Shown here piece after piece: positions 1-8,367 of a stretch of 64,000 nucleotides of DNA; the first letter of the stretch is position 1, and each line of letters opens with the position of its first letter. Made by a program: the position numbers and the translations under genes. The notes beneath the pieces were generated by a model. The model was not told the DNA's origin. It searched no databases and saw only the letters and a program-made list of their open reading frames with translations. The stretch spans positions 1 through 64,000 of IMG/VR virus record IMGVR_UViG_3300021505_000001; one strand, given 5' to 3'. This DNA is from a virus.

Positions 1-680
1 GAATAATAAGGAATTGCATTTCCACCAGGTGTTGTTTGCCCAACTGTTCCTTGACGAAGCTGGTTACTACATGCTATCAACCATCCATTATTAGCTATTA
101 TACGACAAGTTTTTCGCAAGCATGTACTAAAATCCTTAGCACGTTTCATTCCCATTTTATCTTCACTTTCCATTTCCATTTCAGTAGATAAAGCAGCAAG
201 TGAATCAGCACATACTACATTTATTGTTTTTTTATTCTTATCTACTCTTGGTTTCCATTTCCAAAGAATATCAAACATTTCATTAACAGTATCAGGACGG
301 TAATAATTATCTTTCTTCAAAGTTAAACCATAAATACGACTGTATTCCTCATCCAAACGAGCTTCAGGGTCAAGAAACAATAAATCACCTTTGTTTACTG
401 TTTGTGTATAAGCAGCTATTTCTGAAAGAATAGATGTTTTTCCTGTTCCAGAAGGACCAAACACCTCCATAATTATACCACCAGGAATTCCTCCTCCACG
501 AATACGTGTCCCTGATATTGCTAAATCAAGTAAAGTACTTCCTGTTGAAACCACTCCCCATTCAAAAGAAATAGGATCTGAACCCTCAATATTATCAATA
601 TCTTCTTCAATAATCTCTTGATATCCTTCAATAACAGACTCTGTTTTGTTTCTTTCTTCTCTTTTTAATTTTTCAGGCAT
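1..680 (-). CDS. recA: RecA/UvsX-like recombinase, 3' end runs off the window
   Basis: Manual translation from ATG at 680: VSTGSTLLDLAISG...GGIPGGIIMEVFGPSGTGKT (Walker A), FLDPEARLD, VCADSLAAL (Walker B), NQLR, TPGGNAIPYY. RBS GGAG upstream. Missing from the ORF track because it is truncated. Confidence 0.93.
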   Translation of the reverse strand, partial: MPEKLKREERNKTESVIEGYQEIIEEDIDNIEGSDPISFEWGVVSTGSTLLDLAISGTRIRGGGIPGGIIMEVFGPSGTGKTSILSEIAAYTQTVNKGDLLFLDPEARLDEEYSRIYGLTLKKDNYYRPDTVNEMFDILWKWKPRVDKNKKTINVVCADSLAALSTEMEMESEDKMGMKRAKDFSTCLRKTCRIIANNGWLIACSNQLRQGTVGQTTPGGNAIPYY

Positions 681-708
681 AATATACTCCATAAATTGTA
701 ACAAATAT

Positions 709-736
709 GGGGGAACAAAACTAATTTTGTTCCCCC
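709..736 (-). terminator. GC-rich hairpin (terminator or processing site) between the SSB and RecA genes
   Basis: GGGGGAACAAAA-CTAA-TTTTGTTCCCCC perfect inverted repeat; weak U tract. Confidence 0.55.
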
Positions 737-753
737 CTTCATTTTATTTACAA

Positions 754-1800
754 TTAACCATGAGCTTCTACACAAGCATCCCAAAGTGGGCAATCATCAC
801 ATTGGTTCATGCTATCAGTATCAACTCCGAATATCCCTCCATGAGGACAAGCTGGAGTTTCAGCATTAAAATTTTCCTGAGACTGAGAATAATTCTCTGT
901 AGATTGAGACTTATCCCCATCTACATCAAAAGGAACATCAGAATTATCTTGTTCAGAAAGAGAAGAAGCACGACTACGTCTAACTCTATTATTAGACATT
1001 TGCTGGTTTGCTACTTCATGGGCATCTATTTTATTCTCTTCCTCAACAGGTGTAGATTCAAGGACAGATGTTTCACCACTCACCTGAGCTACAACTTTTT
1101 CAAGTTCTTCCTGCGTAGGAATATGAATAATTTTATCCAAAGTATAAGTTTTTTCCAATATTTCATCTGGAATAGGACCTTGTCTATCAACAAATTTATG
1201 TCCAAGAAATGTTGTGTTTTGTGCCCCTGTTCCCTGCCTTGTAAAAGCAATTGATTTACCATCATCAGGATCAGCAAAATCAATACGCTGAATGTGTCCA
1301 CCTTTTGTAGGAATAGCACAAAGTTCAATGAAAATTCTTTCAGAAAGCCACCAAGCTACTTCCCATACCTGAACGCCTTTTGCTTCTTCCTGTGGGGAGT
1401 CATAAACTACAACATTATAAAGCATGCGACGTTTGGGATTAAGAGCTTTCCATTCCTCTTCTGGAGCATCTTGAGTTATAAGACGTTTACGGAGTTCACA
1501 AATCGGGCATTCTCGATTATAATTTTTAGCAAGACAAACATAATCCTTTTCAGCCGGACCAAAACTCCGATGAACATACAATTCAAGTCCATAACTGACT
1601 TCCCCTTGTGGAACATTAGGATCATTTGGACCTGTAATATAAGGAATAATATCTATTAGATGTTGTCCTTCCTTTATTTTCCACGTAGGAATTCCTTGAG
1701 CACTTATATAAGAATGTGTATTTCCATCTGAACGCCCAGCAGATTCCTCAATACGTTTCTTCAATCCCTGTTTCATTCTACTACGAATAGATAAAGCCAT
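754..1800 (-). CDS. T4 gp32-like single-stranded DNA-binding protein
   Basis: H...YVCL...CPICE zinc motif, LYNVVVYD, FADPDDGKSIAFTRQG, acidic linker; lies between UvsY-like and RecA-like genes. Confidence 0.75.
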   Translation of the reverse strand: MALSIRSRMKQGLKKRIEESAGRSDGNTHSYISAQGIPTWKIKEGQHLIDIIPYITGPNDPNVPQGEVSYGLELYVHRSFGPAEKDYVCLAKNYNRECPICELRKRLITQDAPEEEWKALNPKRRMLYNVVVYDSPQEEAKGVQVWEVAWWLSERIFIELCAIPTKGGHIQRIDFADPDDGKSIAFTRQGTGAQNTTFLGHKFVDRQGPIPDEILEKTYTLDKIIHIPTQEELEKVVAQVSGETSVLESTPVEEENKIDAHEVANQQMSNNRVRRSRASSLSEQDNSDVPFDVDGDKSQSTENYSQSQENFNAETPACPHGGIFGVDTDSMNQCDDCPLWDACVEAHG

Positions 1801-1887
1801 AATATCTAAACCTCCTTAAAAATTTAACGTTTATTAATTAAAAAATAACTATTACAAAGTTTAAAGGTTAATGTTTAAAGGAAGTTT

Positions 1888-2427
1888 TTAACCTTCCTTG
1901 TTTTCCTCATTAGCAAATTTACCTTTTTGAAGTCTTTCACTTGCTTTTAAAGCTTTTCTTAATTCTTCTTTAACTTTCTTATGTTTAGCTTCTTTTGCAG
2001 AAAAAACTTCTGTTTCAGACAATGTTGGTTGAGAATAATATCCTGAAATAAACAATTGTGTCAATGCCTCAAGTGCTTTTTTTCGATGTTCAAGAGATGT
2101 TCTTACTGATGATAACATATTTACTTCTTCATTGACACGAAAATAATCATCAAGAGCCTCTCTATACTCATCTGATTTTACAATAGCTGCTGATATAGCT
2201 GCCTCCGTTGGTTTCTTTGTAAATCCAAATAAATCAGGATTTTCACGGATTTGGCCATCTAACTTAGCTTTGACTAAATCAATTTTCTCTTTTAATCTAT
2301 CTCTTTTCAAAGTAGCCTTTACCCACTTCTCAGACCATTCCATAAATAGTTGTGGTTGCCGTTCCCATTCAATGTGTAAATTGTTTCTATCAACTTTCAA
2401 TAAATTTTTGACATCTTCAAACATCAT
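1888..2427 (-). CDS. UvsY-like recombination mediator (coiled coil)
   Basis: Helical protein with KPTEAAISAAI...EYREA and LEHRKKALEAL pattern; adjacent to SSB and RecA. Confidence 0.6.
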   Translation of the reverse strand: MMFEDVKNLLKVDRNNLHIEWERQPQLFMEWSEKWVKATLKRDRLKEKIDLVKAKLDGQIRENPDLFGFTKKPTEAAISAAIVKSDEYREALDDYFRVNEEVNMLSSVRTSLEHRKKALEALTQLFISGYYSQPTLSETEVFSAKEAKHKKVKEELRKALKASERLQKGKFANEENKEG

Positions 2428-2671
2428 TCACCTCCGAAAACTTTCTAAGATTTTCATGACTAAACGTTTTTAACCATTCTTCCTTACGTTTCCATACACC
2501 AAATTTATTCCTTTCAATCTTCTGAAAAATCAATACACCATTGAAAGCATCCTCTACTGACCACTCCTCTGGATAAGCAGTTGTTCATATATAACCTAAG
2601 TGATCAATCATAATATCGGACGGACGGGTGATTCTATCAAAGAAACGAAAGATAAACTTGGGAATAAACAT
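2417..2671 (-). CDS. Unannotated 84-codon gene with an in-frame TGA at codon 29 (candidate selenoprotein or nonsense allele)
   Basis: ATG overlaps the dnaX stop (TAATG). The frame is open except for TGA at 2587-2585 and ends overlapping the next ATG. Translation: MFIPKFIFRFFDRITRPSDIMIDHLGYI*TTAYPEEWSVEDAFNGVLIFQKIERNKFGVWKRKEEWLKTFSHENLRKFSEVNDV. Confidence 0.6.
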
Positions 2672-4560
2672 TATTCATCTCCTAAAACAGTAAGTAAATA
2701 ACAATCCTTTATAAGACCCGGTTTACCTACATATACATAAGAATTTTGCAACTGTTCAATAATCATTGCAGCCCTATCATTTTCTTTATTTAGCAAAACT
2801 TTACTCATATAACCTAATATAGCCCTCCGTATACCTTCAATATCCCCTTCAATTGTCTTAAGAATAGATGCTATGTTATTCCAATTTTCATGTTTCAATA
2901 ATGCTCTACACAAATCAATTACATTCGCCGTAGTCACAGAAGATGTTGTTTCAATAACCCTTATCATCATTTCAGTATCTTCCAAATCCATTACTTTATC
3001 AAGCATTACAAGTGCTTCTCTTGGACGACCTTCGGAAGATATAGTAATTTTTCGTAATACATTGACAGGTATATTTTTCCCTTCTTCCTGTAATATTTTC
3101 TTCAAGAATTTTACCATATCAGGAGTTACTAAAGGAAAAACTTGAAATAAAGCACAACGACTTTTAAGAGTACTTGCCAATTTAAAAGGTTCTGTTGTAC
3201 ATAAACAAACAATAACATGTGGTGGTGTATCTTCAAGGAATTTTAAAAGTGTTTCTTTCGCATCCTTAGTTAATTGATGTACTTCATCCAAAAGAAACAT
3301 CTTATATTTACTATTCATCGGTTGAAGGGTAGCCTTTTCAATTATTTTACGGATATCATCAATACCACGCTGTTCAGCCGCATTTGTTTCAAAAAAATCC
3401 ATTTCTGAAATATTAAAATAATTCTTTACTATACGTGCCATAGATGTCTTACCACAATTACCAGTAACAAAGATTTTATCTTTTCTTCTCAAAACTAAAT
3501 AAGAAGATGGCACTACAAAACAATACTCATAACCATCTACAGGAGTAATTTCTTTCATTACAACTTTTTTATTACTATGTATTCCAACATCAGGATTTCT
3601 TGTAGGTTGAACTATATATTCAATTCTATCTTTTCTTTTCCTTGTATAAATAGAAGCACGGGTTCCTGTAGCTGAAAATACAAATTGAACAAAATCAGCA
3701 TCAGATTTACATAACATAGTAAATCTCTTTCGATTATTATCACTATACCAATTTACCATTTCATCTTTAATTGTTTCAAGTTGTTCCATAGAACACTTAT
3801 AATAATCTGGTGTGAAACCTATTCTTTTAGGTGGGACGAAATTGAATTGAACATCTCCATTTTTTAAAGACCTCCAAAAAAATAGAATATCTGCCTTTCG
3901 TAACAAAAAATTGAGACGATTTATTTTATCTCTACTTTTTAATCTCAAATGACATTGTCCTCTACTTTCTGGAAAAGCACAATCTGTATCCATAGAAGAT
4001 AATGAATTACCCAATATTAAATTCACTGCTACTTGCACACGTAGTTGATATTCATCCAACAGCAAATTACTATCAGACTTATACAAAAATGTTGTCAAAA
4101 ATCTCCCATGGAAACCATATACAGAATTTTCATGCTGTTCTTTTATCTCAGAAAACTTTTTTACATGGAGTTTACCTTTGGGTGTTTTATACAGAACTCT
4201 ATGATCATCACTAAGACATTGGTTTACCCCATATTTTGTTTGGAATAAAGTTAGTTTATCTGATTTACGTTTTATATATTCATAGGGAGTAACAAATTCT
4301 GCTGTTCCATCTTTGTTCCACTGTAATACTTTTTCACCCTTATATTGACTAATAGGCTTCCACCCTTCGGGAGAAAGATACTCAGTATCACAATCAACAC
4401 AACCAGACTCCCCAACAAACAAAAACACTCTTGGACGTGTTTCATCTGGTTTTTCAAGAACAGACTTTAAAGAAGCTTTGGCTTCCGCATTCCCAACCAA
4501 TTCATCCAATGTAGATGGCCGATATTTAAGATGTAATGGTCCTTCTTTAACTTTAGTCAT
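2671..4560 (-). CDS. dnaX: DNA polymerase III gamma/tau-like clamp loader, intein-containing
   Basis: LHLKYRPSTLDELVG N-terminus; Walker A GESG|CGKT split by an intein; ETNAAEQRGIDDIR, LLDEVHQL, LLKFLEDTP, SRC motifs. Confidence 0.92.
   Translation of the reverse strand: MTKVKEGPLHLKYRPSTLDELVGNAEAKASLKSVLEKPDETRPRVFLFVGESGCVDCDTEYLSPEGWKPISQYKGEKVLQWNKDGTAEFVTPYEYIKRKSDKLTLFQTKYGVNQCLSDDHRVLYKTPKGKLHVKKFSEIKEQHENSVYGFHGRFLTTFLYKSDSNLLLDEYQLRVQVAVNLILGNSLSSMDTDCAFPESRGQCHLRLKSRDKINRLNFLLRKADILFFWRSLKNGDVQFNFVPPKRIGFTPDYYKCSMEQLETIKDEMVNWYSDNNRKRFTMLCKSDADFVQFVFSATGTRASIYTRKRKDRIEYIVQPTRNPDVGIHSNKKVVMKEITPVDGYEYCFVVPSSYLVLRRKDKIFVTGNCGKTSMARIVKNYFNISEMDFFETNAAEQRGIDDIRKIIEKATLQPMNSKYKMFLLDEVHQLTKDAKETLLKFLEDTPPHVIVCLCTTEPFKLASTLKSRCALFQVFPLVTPDMVKFLKKILQEEGKNIPVNVLRKITISSEGRPREALVMLDKVMDLEDTEMMIRVIETTSSVTTANVIDLCRALLKHENWNNIASILKTIEGDIEGIRRAILGYMSKVLLNKENDRAAMIIEQLQNSYVYVGKPGLIKDCYLLTVLGDE
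3457..4401 (-). mobile_element. Intein (315 aa) in the clamp-loader P-loop
   Basis: Starts CVDCDTEYLSPEGWK, block B-like CLSDDHRV, ends YCFVVPSSYLVLRRKDKIFVTGN before +1 Cys. Removal restores GESGCGKTS. Confidence 0.92.
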
Positions 4561-4577
4561 AATCTACCTCTTTAATA

Positions 4578-5390
4578 TTAACGTTTAAATGTAAAAACTC
4601 TTTGTGAAAGATAATCCTTTATAATATCTGCTTCTGACAACTTTAATAACAAATCAGAAATTTTAATATCTGTTGAAATAGTATTTCCATAAATACAAAT
4701 CTTACCAGGATTTAAAAAATTAAACAATTTATAATAACGTGTTAACCATCTTAATAAAACCCCTGCTATTATACATTCTACCAAACTTACAGTTCTATGT
4801 TCTTTTAATCTATTCATTATAGAAAAAAAGATATCCTTACCCGATTCATAACTCAAACGGGTATTCCATTTTTCTATTTCTTGAGATGACAACAAATATT
4901 TGAATAATTTCAACAATTTAATATAAGAACGTTTATAAGAATAATAATCTTTTCTATTAGCTTGGGGTATTATAAGTTTGTAACTCATCCATGTATCAAA
5001 AATCCACTGAATATTTTTAGATACTTGACTTTTATTTGTTATAACAGTTAAAGTTGCCTTTTCTGAAGCAACAAATACAGCAAAAACCAATAAAATTGGA
5101 ATATAATCACCTTTATGTTTACTCAAAATTTTCTTTAGTATTCTTCCATCAGAAAAAGATGTAGCTCTACCAATCTTTTTCAAAATTGTATCAAAATAGA
5201 CTTCCTGAAAATCAAACAACTGTCCAGTAACAAAAGCTGTAGTAACAGCTTTATACATTTTTGGACAAATATTATATAAATGGCGATTTGTAGTTTCTCG
5301 TAACTCTCTACCTTGCCAATATGAATCCAAATATTCTGCACAAACTTTCCTTTGCCCATGCAGTAATATAAGATTTTTAATGGTAGACAT
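4578..5390 (-). CDS. hypothetical protein
   Basis: 270-aa ORF, GGAG RBS, co-oriented with dnaX. Confidence 0.7.
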   Translation of the reverse strand: MSTIKNLILLHGQRKVCAEYLDSYWQGRELRETTNRHLYNICPKMYKAVTTAFVTGQLFDFQEVYFDTILKKIGRATSFSDGRILKKILSKHKGDYIPILLVFAVFVASEKATLTVITNKSQVSKNIQWIFDTWMSYKLIIPQANRKDYYSYKRSYIKLLKLFKYLLSSQEIEKWNTRLSYESGKDIFFSIMNRLKEHRTVSLVECIIAGVLLRWLTRYYKLFNFLNPGKICIYGNTISTDIKISDLLLKLSEADIIKDYLSQRVFTFKR

Positions 5391-5506
5391 ACTTTTCTCC
5401 TTGTACTTCCTTCTAATTTAAATTACAATATAATAACTATTTAAGCTTTACATTTAAGTAAATATACACTATTTTATCAAAAATTCAACAAAAAAAGGAG
5501 GATTTT

Positions 5507-5926
5507 ATGGAACAAATAAAATTTGATTTTATGGTATCTGTTTCATATAATAATGGAATCCCTTTAACAAAGGAATTTATGATCTCAAATTATGAAGCAG
5601 ATGAAAAAGAAACAGGTTATAAAAAGCTACAAAAGGATGTACTAAATTTTTGTAATAAAAACAATATATTTTGGGTAGAAATAGCTATCATAGCTAAGAG
5701 TCCATCTATGCCAACATACAAAAATGTTAAGAACTACCAGATTATAATGGCTATGAAAGGTGATATAGAATGGTTTAAGCATATTGAATATTTTACTAAG
5801 TATATTGGTAGTATGGGTGGAGATATAGGTTTAGAAGCATCTGCTATAGGATTTATTGATACTTCTCATAAAATACGTGTCGAATTTGAAAATGGAATGA
5901 TATTACTTAGTCATTTAAAACAATAA
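5507..5926 (+). CDS. hypothetical protein
   Basis: 139-aa ORF with AGGAGG RBS. Confidence 0.75.
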   Translation: MEQIKFDFMVSVSYNNGIPLTKEFMISNYEADEKETGYKKLQKDVLNFCNKNNIFWVEIAIIAKSPSMPTYKNVKNYQIIMAMKGDIEWFKHIEYFTKYIGSMGGDIGLEASAIGFIDTSHKIRVEFENGMILLSHLKQ

Positions 5927-5945
5927 AAGGAGAAGGAGAATCATT

Positions 5946-6707
5946 ATGGAAAATATCTATGAAACTTGGGTTTTATCAGGATTTAATGTACCTTGGGAAG
6001 TTGTTGTATTAAGTAACAATTTAAACAAAGAGATTGATGCTGTAGAAGATTTTGATACTACTATCAAACTCCCTACAAAAAATACACACATAATGAAAGG
6101 AATCCCTATAACTTGGAAATTTGAAATACCATTTAATATATCTTTCAAAGAAATATTCTCTAAATATGTAAACGGAAAGTATACTATGGAATTCATGCCG
6201 GATTCAGAACAACCATTTCCTGTTTATCCTGAAGTAGAAGAACATATAGAAAGAGTACAAACCTTTATCACAAAATTAGTTACAGACATTATATTTGCAG
6301 AGTTTGAAAAAGGTATTCGTATAAGTGATAATGAAATTATATTTGATATGGAAACAGTGGTCAATGTGTGCCGAAAACTAAATATCCCATTTAGGTCTAT
6401 TATCCCTGATAAAATTGATATGTCTAACTTTAAACCTACAAAGATAGGTTACTTGGATACACCAGTATATTGGATAAAGTATTATGATGGAAACTTTAAG
6501 ACATTTCTTATCACTGATGTATCAATTAATACTGTAAAGGAATTAATGATGCTTACCCCAATGGTAACTCATTTCCCATATATTATAAAATTAAATAGAA
6601 GAAACCCGACAACCAAACTTTTGTTGAGTTGTGATAGTATCAAGAAACCAGTAATTCCATTATCAGAGGAAACACAAAATATTCTAAACATAATCAATGC
6701 CTATTAA
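5946..6707 (+). CDS. hypothetical protein
   Basis: 253-aa ORF with AGGAG RBS, followed by a hairpin. Confidence 0.75.
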   Translation: MENIYETWVLSGFNVPWEVVVLSNNLNKEIDAVEDFDTTIKLPTKNTHIMKGIPITWKFEIPFNISFKEIFSKYVNGKYTMEFMPDSEQPFPVYPEVEEHIERVQTFITKLVTDIIFAEFEKGIRISDNEIIFDMETVVNVCRKLNIPFRSIIPDKIDMSNFKPTKIGYLDTPVYWIKYYDGNFKTFLITDVSINTVKELMMLTPMVTHFPYIIKLNRRNPTTKLLLSCDSIKKPVIPLSEETQNILNIINAY

Positions 6708-6746
6708 AAATAGTTATCTGTAAAAATTATATATCGAAATTTTAAG

Positions 6747-6790
6747 AATGCACATAGTAATATTTAATTTCTATGTGCATTTATTTTTGT
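6747..6790 (+). terminator. probable intrinsic terminator
   Basis: AATGCACATAG...CTATGTGCATT followed by a T-rich tract. Confidence 0.6.
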
Positions 6791-6807
6791 TCTCTCCAAA
6801 AATAAAA

Positions 6808-7097
6808 CTTAACAGAATACCTAAAAATTATTTTGTTAAGTTTTATTATTTAATTATATCAATAACTTATAAACCTTAACAGAATGAGATGTAAAAATTA
6901 ATAAAATTTATGTGGATGACTTTTCAAAAAATTAATTTGCTAAAATTTATAAACTACTAATCAGAAAAAATTAATTTGTTAAGGTATAAAAATCACTTAA
7001 TAAACCTTAACAGAATACCTAAAAATTATTTTGTTAAGTTTTATTATTTAATTATATCAATAACTTATAAACCTTAACAGAATGAGATGTAAAAATT
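6808..7097. repeat. 92-bp direct repeat x2 (6808-6899, 7006-7097) containing CTTAACA iteron-like boxes and IHF-consensus sites
   Basis: Identical copies 198 bp apart. Each has CTTAACAGAAT / ATTTTGTTAAG inverted boxes and TATCAATAACTTA (WATCAANNNNTTR) at 6857-6869 and 7055-7067. Confidence 0.85.
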
Positions 7098-7481
7098 CAC
7101 AAATAAAATAGACTGCTATTATTTGGAAAGAGAACTATAAAATTTTTAGTATGAAAAACAAAATGGAATAATAAAGAAAGGAAAAAATAGATTTATTTTT
7201 GAAAAAAACAAGGAACAACATATAGGAAGGTATTTTTATACAGAAATGCAGGAAATTTTCACTCTATAATAACCAAATATAACTTAAAAAGAGCAAAAAA
7301 CTCCTGTAAAGAGCATTCTACAAGTGGGACATTTTATCATAGGAACAAATTTAGAGTGCAACTATCCTAAAAATTACAACACAGGAACAAAGAATTCCAT
7401 AAATTTAGGAAATATAACCCAACAGACATAAAATTGTATGTCTTTGAATATTTCATTCGCTGTATTTAGAGATTTTTAGGT

Positions 7482-8081
7482 TTATGCTAAAGATGGAATT
7501 TGATAATTACTGATAAATTCCCTGATTCTATCACGCATATTAGTTTTCCATGGAGCCCCTTCATGAACAAAGGAAAGAACCAGTTTAATCAACCACAAAA
7601 TACGACTATAAATCCATCTATTCTTAATTAATTTAGCACTTTGCCTATCACCAGAAAACTTATCATCTATTAATTTTCTAATATATTTTGGATCGATATT
7701 ATCCCGTCTCCATAAGTCTTTCCAAGCAGTATGGCTTATCTTCAAAAATCTTGAAACCACAAATTTAACTCTTTTCTTAAAAGCTACAGTATCAAACAGT
7801 TTATTATTCCAAAAACAAGTTGTTGATTTTGATAGCTTCTCTGATCTCTTATTATAAGCAGCATCTATTCTATCATATAACTCATTAGTCTTTTTCTTAA
7901 TATATCTGTTGATTTGCTTTATTTTCATGCCTTTCGGGGGCATAACAAACTTGATTATACGCATATCAATATCCTGTACAACTGTTTTATTCTTTCGAGA
8001 ATAAAGAACTGCAGCTCTGGATACTCCAAAAATTTCTGAAACAATAACAAGTGGTGTTTCTGATAATTTCTTAAAAGCCAT
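7482..8081 (-). CDS. basic protein with a putative N-terminal helix-turn-helix
   Basis: PLVIVSEIFGVSRAAVLYSRK resembles an HTH; GGGAGG RBS; own promoter. Confidence 0.65.
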   Translation of the reverse strand: MAFKKLSETPLVIVSEIFGVSRAAVLYSRKNKTVVQDIDMRIIKFVMPPKGMKIKQINRYIKKKTNELYDRIDAAYNKRSEKLSKSTTCFWNNKLFDTVAFKKRVKFVVSRFLKISHTAWKDLWRRDNIDPKYIRKLIDDKFSGDRQSAKLIKNRWIYSRILWLIKLVLSFVHEGAPWKTNMRDRIREFISNYQIPSLA

Positions 8082-8123
8082 TTTAAATTACCTCCCTTAG
8101 TAAAAATTTAATTTTGTGTATCA

Positions 8124-8152
8124 AGTTTACAATTTTTAAATGCACATGTCAA
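8124..8152 (-). promoter_or_regulatory. sigma70-type promoter for the 7482-8081 gene
   Basis: Minus strand TTGACA-17 bp-TAAACT. Confidence 0.7.
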
Positions 8153-8311
8153 CAAATTTTTATAAAAAATCGTTTAAATAATGTTTTATAGACCTTAACT
8201 TAATAGCAAAAATTGAGGAGTGATACTTAACAAAAATTAATAGGTATCAAAAAAGGTAATGATATTAAACATTTACAAAAATTAGGTAAGACTTAACAAA
8301 AATGAAACTTT

Positions 8312-8367
8312 AAAAAAATTGCCTTCTCGAAAACCTTGACCCACAAGCATCTCAAAAGGCAATTTTT
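8312..8367 (-). terminator. long hairpin with U tract, probable terminator of the non-coding transcript
   Basis: AAUUGCCUUUUGAGA...UUUCGAGAAGGCAAUUUUUUU; the wobble pairs form only on the minus strand. Confidence 0.6.

Noticed and set aside
646-1659. Antisense and alternate-frame ORFs (646-1254, 1089-1328, 1294-1659) and similar shadows throughout the window
   Set aside because: They overlap well-supported genes and lack RBS or motifs
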